This document shows positions 30,268 to 40,566 of a DNA stretch of 64,000 nt, one piece after another (within the stretch, counting starts at the first letter, position 1; each line of letters opens with the position of its first letter). Under the pieces are notes generated by a model. It worked only from the letters and a program-made list of their open reading frames with translations, made no database searches and was not told the origin of the DNA. A program made the translations under genes and the position numbers. The stretch is from positions 192,001 to 256,000 of IMG/VR virus record IMGVR_UViG_3300037501_000111. One strand, written 5' to 3'. This stretch comes from a virus. Its lineage: Duplodnaviria; Caudoviricetes.

Positions 30268-32541
30268 TTAAACTAATATTGGTGGTCCGCCCCAAAACAT
30301 AAACATTCCTCGTCTAATATGCATAAATGCGCGAGAAGTATCATGAGTTAATGTATATTCTCCGAAATTAGCTCTTCCTTCTCTTATATGCGGGATAGTT
30401 CCTATAAATCTCGGTTCTTGTACTGGAAAAGATGTACCGCTCCAGCCAGTAAAAGTTCCAGCAATCACATCTACTGGGAATAATTCTGTACCGCCTAACC
30501 AAGGATTATCTCCAGCGCTGCCGTCAAAAATAGGGCTACCGGTTTGTCCAACTCCACTAACGTATGTTATTAGTGATACTGCTGCTGATACCGGAATTGG
30601 AGTAGTAGTAGATTTAGTTTCTTGCATATTTACTCCTTGAGCTAAATTACTAGCTCCTATGTTACCGGGATACCAGCTAGTGTCATTTAAAAAGTCTCCA
30701 TTTGAACTGCCCGAGCCGCTGCCAATTGTAAATAGCCTAGCTTCATTATTACTTGGTAATGGTAAAGGTTCTACTTCTGGTATTCCAAACGTAACCAGAA
30801 AAGATTTAGGAGTAGTACCATTACTTGGTCTACGCCCAATCATGGTCACACCAAGACCATAACCATCGTCTCCAATTATAGTATGTCTATAAGTAGTATT
30901 AAGTGTTTGAGGATCTCCGCATCCTATGGCTCCACCTGAATAAGTTCCACTATTGCTGTTGTAGTATAATGGAGTATGAAGATGCCTTCCGGCAACCAAA
31001 AAATCTCCTGCTGAATTACCATCAAATCCTGGTGACATTGTTATTGGTGGACAATTTGCCTGATCGGTATTTGTTTCATTACAAATTCTAATTTGCCATC
31101 CAGTGGTGTGTGGGCTTTGTAAAATTATTCTCGGTGTCGTGGAATCTCCATTCCCTCTATATTGACCTGCTGGATTCGTATTGTTAGCTCCATTTGTTGG
31201 AGCGTTAGCGTCGCTAGCATACAAGTACCAATTCATACTATCTGTTGGTTCAATAGGCGGTAAACTTGGTGAGAAAAATACTGCTCCACCGGTTGACATA
31301 GTGCCAGTTCCACCAGTACATCCTGTAAAGGTTGTCTCTGTTCTTCCAGTATAAGCTACTTGTTGAACACCAGCGCTAGTTGTTACGAACACATTTCCAG
31401 ATGGAGAAAACCCGGCAAATACGCTGCCACCAGTTGACATTAATCCGGTACCACCAGTACACCCAGTAAATGTAGTAGCGGTTGTGCCAGTATATGCAAC
31501 AGTCTGAGTACCAGCATTAGTCGTTACGAAAATAATTCCAGTAGTTGGGAATCCTGTAGTTGAGTCTACGTTAATAGTACCTGTTGGTAACCTAACGTTA
31601 TTAGATCCTGAGGCAATTGTAGTTGTGGCTGTTGTAGTAGACGCTACATTGATGGTAGTTTGTGGTAGAGTTTGTCCGTTGGATCCTGCTGCAATAGTTG
31701 TAGCAATACCAGCTACAATCGGAGATCCTCCTAATACGCTACCAGTACCACCCGTACAACCAGTGAACGTAGTTCCAGTTGTACCAGTATAGTTAACTGT
31801 TTGCCTTCCTGCTGGAGTACAGATAAAAATAGTTCCGCTTGTAGCAAATCCAGATGTTGTACTAACATTAAGGGTACCTGTAGGCAATGCAATACTAGCA
31901 GTTACTGAATTATTAGTTGACATGGTTCCAGTGCCACCGGTGCACCCTGTAAAGGTGGAGCTAGTAGTTCCGGTGTAGTTAACCGTTTGTATTCCGGCAT
32001 TTGTTGCAACTAAAATTGTGCCGGATGTTGGAAAACCTGAAGTAGAAGCAACGTTGATAGTACCAGTTGGTAGAGAAACGTTGTTAGAGGCAGCCGCAAT
32101 AACGGTCGTACCACTCAGAAAAATGCTAGTTCTATATGCAATACGATATGAATTTGTTCCTGTATCATACCCATCAATTAAAAAACAGCCAGAATTATAC
32201 GTAGGATTAGAGGTACTTCTTAAAACTAATAATCTACCAACATCTACTTGACTAACTACTCTAGTGCCAGCGGGAATAGATACAAAAAATTCTAAACCTG
32301 AAGCCAGATTAATACCAGCTTTTGTTCCACCAGCAAAAGAAGGTACCGCGGCCGTAGGAGTAGAATCTGCAGTGGCAACTAAAAGTGTGCCCACTGAATT
32401 TATATTGAAATTAGTATCTCCAACATATGTATATAGTAATACTCTTCGAAGAAATATCGCCATCAGATAAGATGGAATATAATTTCTAGCTGGAAACGAT
32501 ACATTTTGTATTAAATAGTCTCGTAATAAATGTCTAGCCAT
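30268..32541 (-). CDS. fibre/decoration protein, scaffold family A (757 aa), 4 T-modules
   Basis: Family A conserved blocks; T-module block inserted between AYRTS and LPPIEP. Confidence 0.75.
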   Translation of the reverse strand: MARHLLRDYLIQNVSFPARNYIPSYLMAIFLRRVLLYTYVGDTNFNINSVGTLLVATADSTPTAAVPSFAGGTKAGINLASGLEFFVSIPAGTRVVSQVDVGRLLVLRSTSNPTYNSGCFLIDGYDTGTNSYRIAYRTSIFLSGTTVIAAASNNVSLPTGTINVASTSGFPTSGTILVATNAGIQTVNYTGTTSSTFTGCTGGTGTMSTNNSVTASIALPTGTLNVSTTSGFATSGTIFICTPAGRQTVNYTGTTGTTFTGCTGGTGSVLGGSPIVAGIATTIAAGSNGQTLPQTTINVASTTTATTTIASGSNNVRLPTGTINVDSTTGFPTTGIIFVTTNAGTQTVAYTGTTATTFTGCTGGTGLMSTGGSVFAGFSPSGNVFVTTSAGVQQVAYTGRTETTFTGCTGGTGTMSTGGAVFFSPSLPPIEPTDSMNWYLYASDANAPTNGANNTNPAGQYRGNGDSTTPRIILQSPHTTGWQIRICNETNTDQANCPPITMSPGFDGNSAGDFLVAGRHLHTPLYYNSNSGTYSGGAIGCGDPQTLNTTYRHTIIGDDGYGLGVTMIGRRPSNGTTPKSFLVTFGIPEVEPLPLPSNNEARLFTIGSGSGSSNGDFLNDTSWYPGNIGASNLAQGVNMQETKSTTTPIPVSAAVSLITYVSGVGQTGSPIFDGSAGDNPWLGGTELFPVDVIAGTFTGWSGTSFPVQEPRFIGTIPHIREGRANFGEYTLTHDTSRAFMHIRRGMFMFWGGPPILV

Positions 32542-32548
32542 TTTTACC

Positions 32549-33076
32549 TTACTGTATCCATCTTCCTACTATTTTGATGTCTACTAATGGATTTCCAGAA
32601 GGAGGGGTGTAGAATATACCTAAATCTACATTTGGGGGATTTCCATTTGGGTCAAATAATACTGGCGACGGATTTTGGTTTGAATCAAACAATTCTGGAC
32701 GAGGTACTATTTGTTCAGAAATGATCCATGTTTCATATAAACTTGTATTTGGGTTATATCCGGACACCTTATAATATATCTTTTGATCTTTTGGATGCAA
32801 CAGAATTGGATTATTATCCATTTGTTTTGACTGAGTGCTATCAACCAAAACAGTGTTGTAGTTATTGTTAACGCCAAAATAATCTTGGTCTTTAGTAATA
32901 TTACTAATACCTGTACTTACATCTATAGCGAGATAATTGTTTGCGATTCCAGCATAGAAAATTTCCACCTCTCCTTGACCATTTCCCAGATCTGTACCCA
33001 TAAAATTGCTGGAACTACCAGAATAATTTTCGTTGGTTCCAAAATTAATTGCAGTAATATCTGCCGCATAACTCAT
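32549..33076 (-). CDS. virion-associated protein with YYK..W C-terminal module
   Basis: ATGA overlap with the 33073 stop gives start 33076 (track start 33133). Confidence 0.65.
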   Translation of the reverse strand: MSYAADITAINFGTNENYSGSSSNFMGTDLGNGQGEVEIFYAGIANNYLAIDVSTGISNITKDQDYFGVNNNYNTVLVDSTQSKQMDNNPILLHPKDQKIYYKVSGYNPNTSLYETWIISEQIVPRPELFDSNQNPSPVLFDPNGNPPNVDLGIFYTPPSGNPLVDIKIVGRWIQ

Positions 33077-34830
33077 GGTATTACCTGTGGTCCATTCCAA
33101 GTCACATACACGCCTCGCTTCATGTGCATCCATGAATGTGAACTATCAGTAGTTACTGTAAAGTTACCAAAATTAGACCTTCCTGCTCTGAGATGTGGTA
33201 TTGTTCCTAATATTCTGGGTTCAATTGGAAATACGTTCTCAATTCCTGCATTTCCATTCCAGGTAGCAAATGTTCCTGCCAATAAATCTACCGAGAATAA
33301 TTCAGTAGATCCACTCCATGGACTATCTGCCGCAGAACCATCAAAAATAGGACTTCCAAATTGAGCTACTCCAGAAACATAAGTCCACAATGATGGAACG
33401 CAGCTACAAGGAACACCTCCCTGAGTTTGTGTTACTCCCTGACACCAGTTACCACGGTTTAAATCTCCAGAACTTCCCTGATACAAAATATTAGGAGACC
33501 AGCTTATATCGTTAAGAGAGTTGCCATATCCGCCGATACCACCAGTACTAATTCCGCTTCCGATCATAAATAATCTAGCTACATTATTCACTGGCAGTGG
33601 TGTTGGTTCATTTTCAGCTAAACCACAAGCAAAGAAATAATCTTGTGGTACGCTAATAAAACTTACTGCTGGGTTAAACTGTCTGCGGCCAAAAATAACT
33701 ACACCTTGTCCTGTGTCATCTCCGACAAGCGTTAATCTCCACGAGAATGGCCAGTAACTACTTGGTGTACCATTAACAGAAGAATCATCTCCAAATCCTG
33801 GTGCAGTTCCTGCAAATTTGGTTGTGTTATTTGTATTATAGTAAAGTGGTCCATGTAAGTGTGGGCCAGCTACAGCAAAATCTCCAGCAGAATTACCGCC
33901 AAAACCAGGCACACAAGTAATAGTGGGCACATTGCCATAATTACCGTTGCTATTAAAATTTTGACTATAATCAGCAAATGTTTCATGACATAGCCTAACT
34001 TGCCAGCCCAATGCATGAGGGCTTTGCATTATAATACGTGGGGTAGTAGAGTTTCCATATCCTCCGTACGTACCGCTATTTACAGCTACCCATGTACTGT
34101 TTGGAGATCCAGATGCTGGAGCAGCAGTGTCCTTTTCATAAATGTACCAATTCATGCTACCAAATGGTTCGACCGGTGGAAATCCGGTAGCACCCATTGT
34201 TCTATAGTCGATAATGTAGCAATTAGTTGTAACAGTACCTCCGCTTGTGTAGGTACCATTTCCAGTTGTTCCATTTAAAGTAAATTGAGTACTATTTAAT
34301 ACAGTAATTGTAAAAGTCCCGTTAGCTGCGGTATTACCACCAACTCCAGAAATGACAACAGTTTGCCCTGTAGTTAAAGTATGAGGGGTAGTAGTAGTAA
34401 TTTGAATTGGTGAAACGGCATTTCCTGAAGTAGTAGACACTGTATAGTTGAGCGCTTCAAATCCAGTGATAAGATAAATTCCTGAATTATATGTAGAATT
34501 AGCTGTGCTTCTTAGAACTAACAATCTACCAACATCAGTTAAACTTACTGTTCTAACCGATGGCGGTATCCAAACATAAAACTCTCTACCGGAACCCTGA
34601 TTAATCCCAGCTTTGGTGTTGGCTGGAAAAGTTGGCGTACCAGTTGGAGTAGTGTCGGCCGTAGCAATTAATAGTGTTCCGACAGCATTGATTGGGTAAT
34701 TAGTGTCACCAACATAACTATACAATAGTATTCTTCTCAGAAAAATACCCATCAGATAGCCACATATCCATTGCTTTGCATTAGTTGTTATGTTCTGAGT
34801 GAAATAATCTCGAACTGTGTGTATAGCCAT
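33073..34830 (-). CDS. fibre/decoration protein, scaffold family A (585 aa), 1 FCCH-like module
   Basis: Family A conserved blocks; closest to a bare scaffold. Confidence 0.75.
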   Translation of the reverse strand: MAIHTVRDYFTQNITTNAKQWICGYLMGIFLRRILLYSYVGDTNYPINAVGTLLIATADTTPTGTPTFPANTKAGINQGSGREFYVWIPPSVRTVSLTDVGRLLVLRSTANSTYNSGIYLITGFEALNYTVSTTSGNAVSPIQITTTTPHTLTTGQTVVISGVGGNTAANGTFTITVLNSTQFTLNGTTGNGTYTSGGTVTTNCYIIDYRTMGATGFPPVEPFGSMNWYIYEKDTAAPASGSPNSTWVAVNSGTYGGYGNSTTPRIIMQSPHALGWQVRLCHETFADYSQNFNSNGNYGNVPTITCVPGFGGNSAGDFAVAGPHLHGPLYYNTNNTTKFAGTAPGFGDDSSVNGTPSSYWPFSWRLTLVGDDTGQGVVIFGRRQFNPAVSFISVPQDYFFACGLAENEPTPLPVNNVARLFMIGSGISTGGIGGYGNSLNDISWSPNILYQGSSGDLNRGNWCQGVTQTQGGVPCSCVPSLWTYVSGVAQFGSPIFDGSAADSPWSGSTELFSVDLLAGTFATWNGNAGIENVFPIEPRILGTIPHLRAGRSNFGNFTVTTDSSHSWMHMKRGVYVTWNGPQVIP

Positions 34831-34839
34831 TCTGATTCC

Positions 34840-37800
34840 TTATATGATGAAGAACAAGTTTGATGGTAAGATTGTGTTATCCCAAATTATGGCAATACCA
34901 TTTTGTATATTAAGGAACTGTCCGCTTGGTGTACCAAATCTGTGATAGAGTGGTAGTTGCGTGCTTGTAAATTTTAGAGTTCTTAATCTTACTCTGCCCA
35001 ATGAAAATTGTCCTGTTACACCCGGCAAGCATAGTACACCATCTGAAGCTATTATAGTTCCTCGTGTTGTGTTGAATGCTAATTTAATGTCTGTAAGGTT
35101 AGCTCCAAAAGACGGCGAGCCATCTCCTGCTAAAGATTTAGATAACATTCGATGAACTCTAATAGTTCCAGTAGTATCTTTCATCCAAAAACCATTACCA
35201 ATAGTTCCGTTACCACCGGCAGATGTACCATCACATCTAAAAACAGTTCCATTGAATACTCCACCTCTTGTATTTACTATTACAGGATTTATATCCGCAG
35301 ATTGTGGATAAAGTCTGATTGGAATTTCACAGTGGAAATATGATGATCCATCTCCACTGTTTATATCTTTGTAATGCATCCAGAAGAATGCCGGATCAGC
35401 AGCCATTGTCATAGCCATAGTGTTAGCTGGGCCAGTGTTGAAGATATTTCCACTCAGTGTATTATTGAATTGTGCAGTTGCATCTATCTGCGGATCTCCA
35501 GTGACAGGAAATGTAAGGCCATTCCAATTTCCTCCTGGAGAAATAATAGTGCCAATGGTACCGGCAGTATCATTTCCAAACATTTGTACCTGGCTATTGG
35601 CTTGGCCAGGATTAATACCAACTGCTGATGGATTGAATTGCATAACCATATAGTTTCCGTTGCCGCTACTAAATGTTTGAGCAAGTCCAGCATCCACAAT
35701 TCTATAGTTGATATTTGTTCTATTAGTAAATGATGGGTGTAGATTTGTTGGATCGGGAGTGCCCCCAGTATTCAAATTGACTCTAATAGAGTTAGGACTA
35801 TTAACAGCAGTGATTATGTAGATAGCATCTTCAGTAGTTCCAGAATTTGGCTTCCACATTATTAACAGTTTTCCAACCATATTGCTGGTTGTAACTGTTT
35901 GTGTTCCACCACTGGTCCAAGATCCGTTTGGGGCAGAATTATTTAGGTATATACTATTACGATTGGCAATAGATCCTCCGCTTGTATATGTTCCTGATGC
36001 AAAAGATCCGTTTAATGTAGCAATTCTATTGCTAATTGCTGTGGTTAAAAATGTGCTATTAGCATTTGGCAAACCACCTATTCCAGATGTTATAACAGTC
36101 TGTCCAGTTAGTAATGTATGGAAATCGGAAGTGATAACAGTAATTGGCGACAGTATAGTATTTCCAGTAGTCATTGTACCGGTACCGCCCGAACAACCAG
36201 TGAAAGTATTATGAGTGGTTCCAGTATAGCTTACTGTTTGAACTCCGGCGCTACTTGTGATATTAAAAGATCCGCTTGAGGCATAGTTAATAGTCACTGG
36301 ATTGCCGGTTGACATGGTGCCAATACCGCCCGAACAACCAGTGAAAGTTGTGCCGGTCGTTCCAGTGTAAGTAACTGGTTGATATCCAAGAGTGGTTAAA
36401 ACATAAATGTATCCACTAGTTGGGAATCCTGTGGTAGACGCAACGTTAATAGTAGATTGTGGTAAGGCTTGTCCGTTAGAAGCAACAGCAATCGAAGTAT
36501 AGTTGCTTGCTGGAGAAAATGCCGTAAATACAGCACCGTCCGAGGAGGTATTTCCTGTACCACCAGAAGCCCCAGTTAATGTAGTGGCTGTTACTCCAGT
36601 ATATGTTACTAGTTGAGATCCGTTAGTAGTAGTAATATAAAGTGAGCCAGTAGTTGGGAAATTGGTAAAGAAACCAGTATTATTTACAGTATTACCAGTA
36701 AACATAGTTCCAACACCACCTAGTGCTCCAGTAAATGTAGTTGCTGTTGTGCCAGTATATGTAACAGCTTGATTAAATGGTCCACCACCGATTGGGTTAT
36801 TAATCAGTAAAGTACCAGTACCACCTGTTACACCAGTAAATGATGTAGCGGTAATTCCAGTATAAGTAACTGAGGTAGCTGCATAAACAGTGCCACCAGT
36901 TGACATGGTACCACCTCCGCCAGAACATCCAGTAAAGGTAGTAGCAGTGGTACCAGTATATGTAACTATCTGAGAACCAGTGCTGGTTGTTACAAAAATT
37001 GTACCAGAGGCTGCAAATCCAGTCGTAGACGCTACGTTGATAGTTCCTTGTGGTAGAGCTTGTCCGTTGGATCCTGCTGCAATAGTTGTTTGAATAGCGT
37101 TATCTGCTACACTTAGTGTGCCGCTGGTTGGAAATCCACTAGTAGTAGATACGTTAATAGTTGATTGTGGGAGTGATTGCCCGCTAGATCCAAGTGCAAT
37201 ACTTGTTACAACTATTGTTGCAACATTCAAAGTACCAGAGGTTGGGAATCCGGTAGTAGAGGCTACGTTAATTGTGCCTGTCGGCAGATTAACATTGTTA
37301 GAGGCAGCAGCTACAGTTGTAGAGGCAGTTGCGGTAGCAGCTACGTTAATAGTTGCTTGTGGGAGCGTTTGAACACCAGTTGTAGTTGTAAATGGTGCAA
37401 CAGTACTTGAGTTAACAGTTGCTTGTGGCAATGTGGCACCGTTTGATGGAAACGCCGTAGTAGTATTAAAATATGTTGCATTAGAAATAGAGTTAGTTGG
37501 TGTATTAATAGTCCACGTACCATTAGCTGTGGTATTTCCAGTTACTCCGCTTACAACAACTGATGCCAAGTTAACATAAGAATTTGCCGCGGTCATATTT
37601 ACTGAAATTGGAGCATACACAGCGCCATCAATAGACATAGTTCCTGTACCACCTGAACATCCTGTAAAGGTTGTTCCCGTAATTCCTGTATATGTAACTG
37701 TTTGTATACCAGCACTAGTGGTGACATGAATTGTTCCAGAACTTGGGAATCCGATAGAAATAGATCCGCCAGTTTGCATAGATCCTCGACCTAAAGTACA

Positions 37801-38613
37801 TCCGGTAAACGTAGTTGCAGTTATACCGGTGTACAAAACTAACTGGGTGCCCTCTGTTGTCTGCACATTTAGAAATCCACCTGATGGAAATCCTGTTGTG
37901 GAGGCTACGTTAATAGTGCCAGTTGGCAGAGAAACATTGTTAGAGGCAGCAGCGATAGTTGTGCTAGCGGTAGTTGTGGAGGCAACATTGATTGTTGCTT
38001 GAGGTAAACTTTGTCCGTTAGATCCTGCTGCGATTGTAGTTCTGTAATTAGAAACATTATTAATAGTAAAGCTAGTGTTTAAATTAGTAAAAGGATTAAT
38101 ATTTGTGGCATTAAAAATAGCATTGCCATTAACGTTGGTACTTATTTGAGCTGGAGTATATCCATCATTGCCAATTGCTAAAACAGGAGTTCCTTCAGTA
38201 AAGTTAACTGGCCAAGCGAATGGTGTAGTGTTAACAGTTCCACCACCAGTATATGAACCATTTCCAGTTGATCCATTTAAACTAAATGTAGTTGTGCTTG
38301 TGACAGTAATTTGGAAGGTACCATTGGCCGCTAAATTACCGAGCACGCCAGAAATTGTAACTTGTTGTCCAGTAAATAAAGCATTAGTTGTGGTAGTGGT
38401 TATTACAATTGGAGAAACGCCAGCTCCCGTAGTGTTTGATACGGAATAGGTTGTGCTCATAGTGGTTGCAAATCCGCCTGGAGATTGAAGGCTAGAAGTA
38501 CCATTAACGCAATATCCCCAGAACTCGTAGAGTATTTTAAGGAACTCGGAAGCTCTTCCAGTTTGGTTATAGTTGTAAAGTAGTCCTCGACAGAACCTTA
38601 GTGAAGTTGGCAT
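34840..38613 (-). CDS. fibre/decoration protein, scaffold family B (1257 aa), 8 T-modules plus 3 FCCH-like modules, deeply nested
   Basis: Family B conserved blocks at both ends; Thr/Gly-rich repeats in the centre. Confidence 0.78.
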   Translation of the reverse strand: MPTSLRFCRGLLYNYNQTGRASEFLKILYEFWGYCVNGTSSLQSPGGFATTMSTTYSVSNTTGAGVSPIVITTTTTNALFTGQQVTISGVLGNLAANGTFQITVTSTTTFSLNGSTGNGSYTGGGTVNTTPFAWPVNFTEGTPVLAIGNDGYTPAQISTNVNGNAIFNATNINPFTNLNTSFTINNVSNYRTTIAAGSNGQSLPQATINVASTTTASTTIAAASNNVSLPTGTINVASTTGFPSGGFLNVQTTEGTQLVLYTGITATTFTGCTLGRGSMQTGGSISIGFPSSGTIHVTTSAGIQTVTYTGITGTTFTGCSGGTGTMSIDGAVYAPISVNMTAANSYVNLASVVVSGVTGNTTANGTWTINTPTNSISNATYFNTTTAFPSNGATLPQATVNSSTVAPFTTTTGVQTLPQATINVAATATASTTVAAASNNVNLPTGTINVASTTGFPTSGTLNVATIVVTSIALGSSGQSLPQSTINVSTTSGFPTSGTLSVADNAIQTTIAAGSNGQALPQGTINVASTTGFAASGTIFVTTSTGSQIVTYTGTTATTFTGCSGGGGTMSTGGTVYAATSVTYTGITATSFTGVTGGTGTLLINNPIGGGPFNQAVTYTGTTATTFTGALGGVGTMFTGNTVNNTGFFTNFPTTGSLYITTTNGSQLVTYTGVTATTLTGASGGTGNTSSDGAVFTAFSPASNYTSIAVASNGQALPQSTINVASTTGFPTSGYIYVLTTLGYQPVTYTGTTGTTFTGCSGGIGTMSTGNPVTINYASSGSFNITSSAGVQTVSYTGTTHNTFTGCSGGTGTMTTGNTILSPITVITSDFHTLLTGQTVITSGIGGLPNANSTFLTTAISNRIATLNGSFASGTYTSGGSIANRNSIYLNNSAPNGSWTSGGTQTVTTSNMVGKLLIMWKPNSGTTEDAIYIITAVNSPNSIRVNLNTGGTPDPTNLHPSFTNRTNINYRIVDAGLAQTFSSGNGNYMVMQFNPSAVGINPGQANSQVQMFGNDTAGTIGTIISPGGNWNGLTFPVTGDPQIDATAQFNNTLSGNIFNTGPANTMAMTMAADPAFFWMHYKDINSGDGSSYFHCEIPIRLYPQSADINPVIVNTRGGVFNGTVFRCDGTSAGGNGTIGNGFWMKDTTGTIRVHRMLSKSLAGDGSPSFGANLTDIKLAFNTTRGTIIASDGVLCLPGVTGQFSLGRVRLRTLKFTSTQLPLYHRFGTPSGQFLNIQNGIAIIWDNTILPSNLFFII

Positions 38614-38652
38614 TTATTCTCCGTTTAACCAAAATGTCGTATTATTAGGTGT

Positions 38653-39612
38653 TTATGCAAACCAAGTATCTATCACTTCAGGAGTAGAATATGGGCCTGA
38701 GCACGGGAAAGCTGGTGCATTTGCTAAAGAAATTTGCGTATCAACCCAAACAACCGGAGTAGGAGTGACGCAGGATGTATCATAAGCTCTCAATTTGTAA
38801 TATTGAACGGCGCTAGTAACTGTGATTGGTAGTGCTCCAACTTTATAAATCAACTTAAAATAGTCTAATGTTCTTTCTACGTTGGCCACTCTAATATCTT
38901 GAATAAGAATATTTGGCTCTTCTTTGTTAGATGAGCCAGTTGCAGTAATAGCTCCAGTTCTCCAGAAACCAAATCCGTTAATACCATCTGTATAAGATAT
39001 TGAGGCTGCCGGAAATGTATTAAGCTGAACACCAGCCGAATATCTAATACATTGAATGCCATTTAAATAAGCTCTTACAGATGTTCCATCGTAAGACATT
39101 CCTATATGAGACCATTGTTGTAATGGAATTGGAAAATCTGTAACGTTAAATGAAGCATTTGTAGAAGAATTTAAAGCGAGTTCTGCTCCCCAATCTTGAC
39201 CACCATTAGATGTAAACGTGGATAAATTAATAGCCTGAAATGGTGCTGCCCAACTTGATGTAATTGTACTATCTCTGTATTCTTTAGCAACTATTGTTGT
39301 ATTATTAGAAGTGGTGTAAGATTTTAAATATATCCAACAAGAAAGAGAAATTGGAGGGCTTGGATTTATCGTTCTAGCTCCAGCGGCATAATTTCTAGTT
39401 GCAGAAGCTCCTGTTGGGTAATTTCCTGTGCTAGGAAATTGTGCACAAGGATCATCGAATACGCCCGTACCAGTTCTTACTATCGTATTGGTAATGTTTA
39501 AATCTGTAGTAGTATCATTAGGAGATAGAGAGCCCGAATTTCTATAAGGCCCCGAAGTTTCATTCAACCTCCATACTAAAATATCATTTACATCAGGTGG
39601 TATTCTGGCCAT
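38653..39612 (-). CDS. LamG/concanavalin A-like lectin-domain protein with YYK..W tail
   Basis: VWRLNE, SLSCWIY, QWSHIGMSYDGTSVRAYLNG, IQDIRV. Confidence 0.8.
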   Translation of the reverse strand: MARIPPDVNDILVWRLNETSGPYRNSGSLSPNDTTTDLNITNTIVRTGTGVFDDPCAQFPSTGNYPTGASATRNYAAGARTINPSPPISLSCWIYLKSYTTSNNTTIVAKEYRDSTITSSWAAPFQAINLSTFTSNGGQDWGAELALNSSTNASFNVTDFPIPLQQWSHIGMSYDGTSVRAYLNGIQCIRYSAGVQLNTFPAASISYTDGINGFGFWRTGAITATGSSNKEEPNILIQDIRVANVERTLDYFKLIYKVGALPITVTSAVQYYKLRAYDTSCVTPTPVVWVDTQISLANAPAFPCSGPYSTPEVIDTWFA

Positions 39613-39615
39613 ATG

Positions 39616-40557
39616 TTAAAATCCTAGTTTTGTCCAAGAGCCTACAATTTCTATTGGCCCAAGATTGCCGCCACATGGAGCAGGAGGTGCTCCGTTATAG
39701 TTTATTCCTGTAGAAATCCAATAAACAGGATTTGAAGTAGCACAATTAGTGTCATATGCTCTTAACTTATAATACCTAGTTAAAGGGCTTGTCCCTGTAC
39801 CAGGAGATAATACTCCATTTCTATATATATTCTGGAAATATGATTGTGGTCTAACTATATTCGCAATTCTAAAATCACAAATTGAAACAACTGGCTCTTC
39901 TGGATTTCCAGACCCCGATGGAATAGCTCCAAAAAACCATGGTCCTGGCGTGGATCCATAATTAATAGGCCCAGTTGAGGTAGCGGTAGCTACAACGTTT
40001 CCGTTTATATAAGCTATTTGCGTAGTACCATCCCAAGTCACCGCAGTGTGAGTCCAAGCATGAAGAGGAACTGTACTCTCTGCTGATACTAATGGAGTTC
40101 CACCTGATGTTGGTAAAACAAATAAATCCCACTGCTGAGATTGGCCAGCATATGTTCTATTTTGTAGTTCGACAGAAGCAAATGTACTGGACCAGTTCCC
40201 AGTATTAGTTTGTTTGACCCATAAATGTTGTGTGAATCCTGTTGTATTATATGCTCGCAAATATACCCAACAAGAAAATGAAACTGGTGCTTGCGGCATA
40301 ACACTATTAGCTCCAGAAATAAAATTTCGAGGACTGCTACTGTTGGCACCAGTAAACATGATACAACTATTAGCACCAGAAGCTGCAAATAAGCTTGGTT
40401 GCTGTAATAATATTGTTCCAGATAGAGTAGATAAATCGGAAATGGCATGTGACGGGGCGGAAGGAGACGTAGATGAATTTACGAACGGAGCGCCAGCTTC
40501 GTCTAATCTCCACACAACAATATCATTATCATCTGGTGCTATTCTTGTTCCTGACAT
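39616..40557 (-). CDS. LamG/concanavalin A-like lectin-domain protein with YYK..W tail
   Basis: VWRLDE, SFSCWVY, WTHTAVTWDGTTQIAYING. Confidence 0.8.
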   Translation of the reverse strand: MSGTRIAPDDNDIVVWRLDEAGAPFVNSSTSPSAPSHAISDLSTLSGTILLQQPSLFAASGANSCIMFTGANSSSPRNFISGANSVMPQAPVSFSCWVYLRAYNTTGFTQHLWVKQTNTGNWSSTFASVELQNRTYAGQSQQWDLFVLPTSGGTPLVSAESTVPLHAWTHTAVTWDGTTQIAYINGNVVATATSTGPINYGSTPGPWFFGAIPSGSGNPEEPVVSICDFRIANIVRPQSYFQNIYRNGVLSPGTGTSPLTRYYKLRAYDTNCATSNPVYWISTGINYNGAPPAPCGGNLGPIEIVGSWTKLGF

Positions 40558-40566
40558 TAGTTTTCC

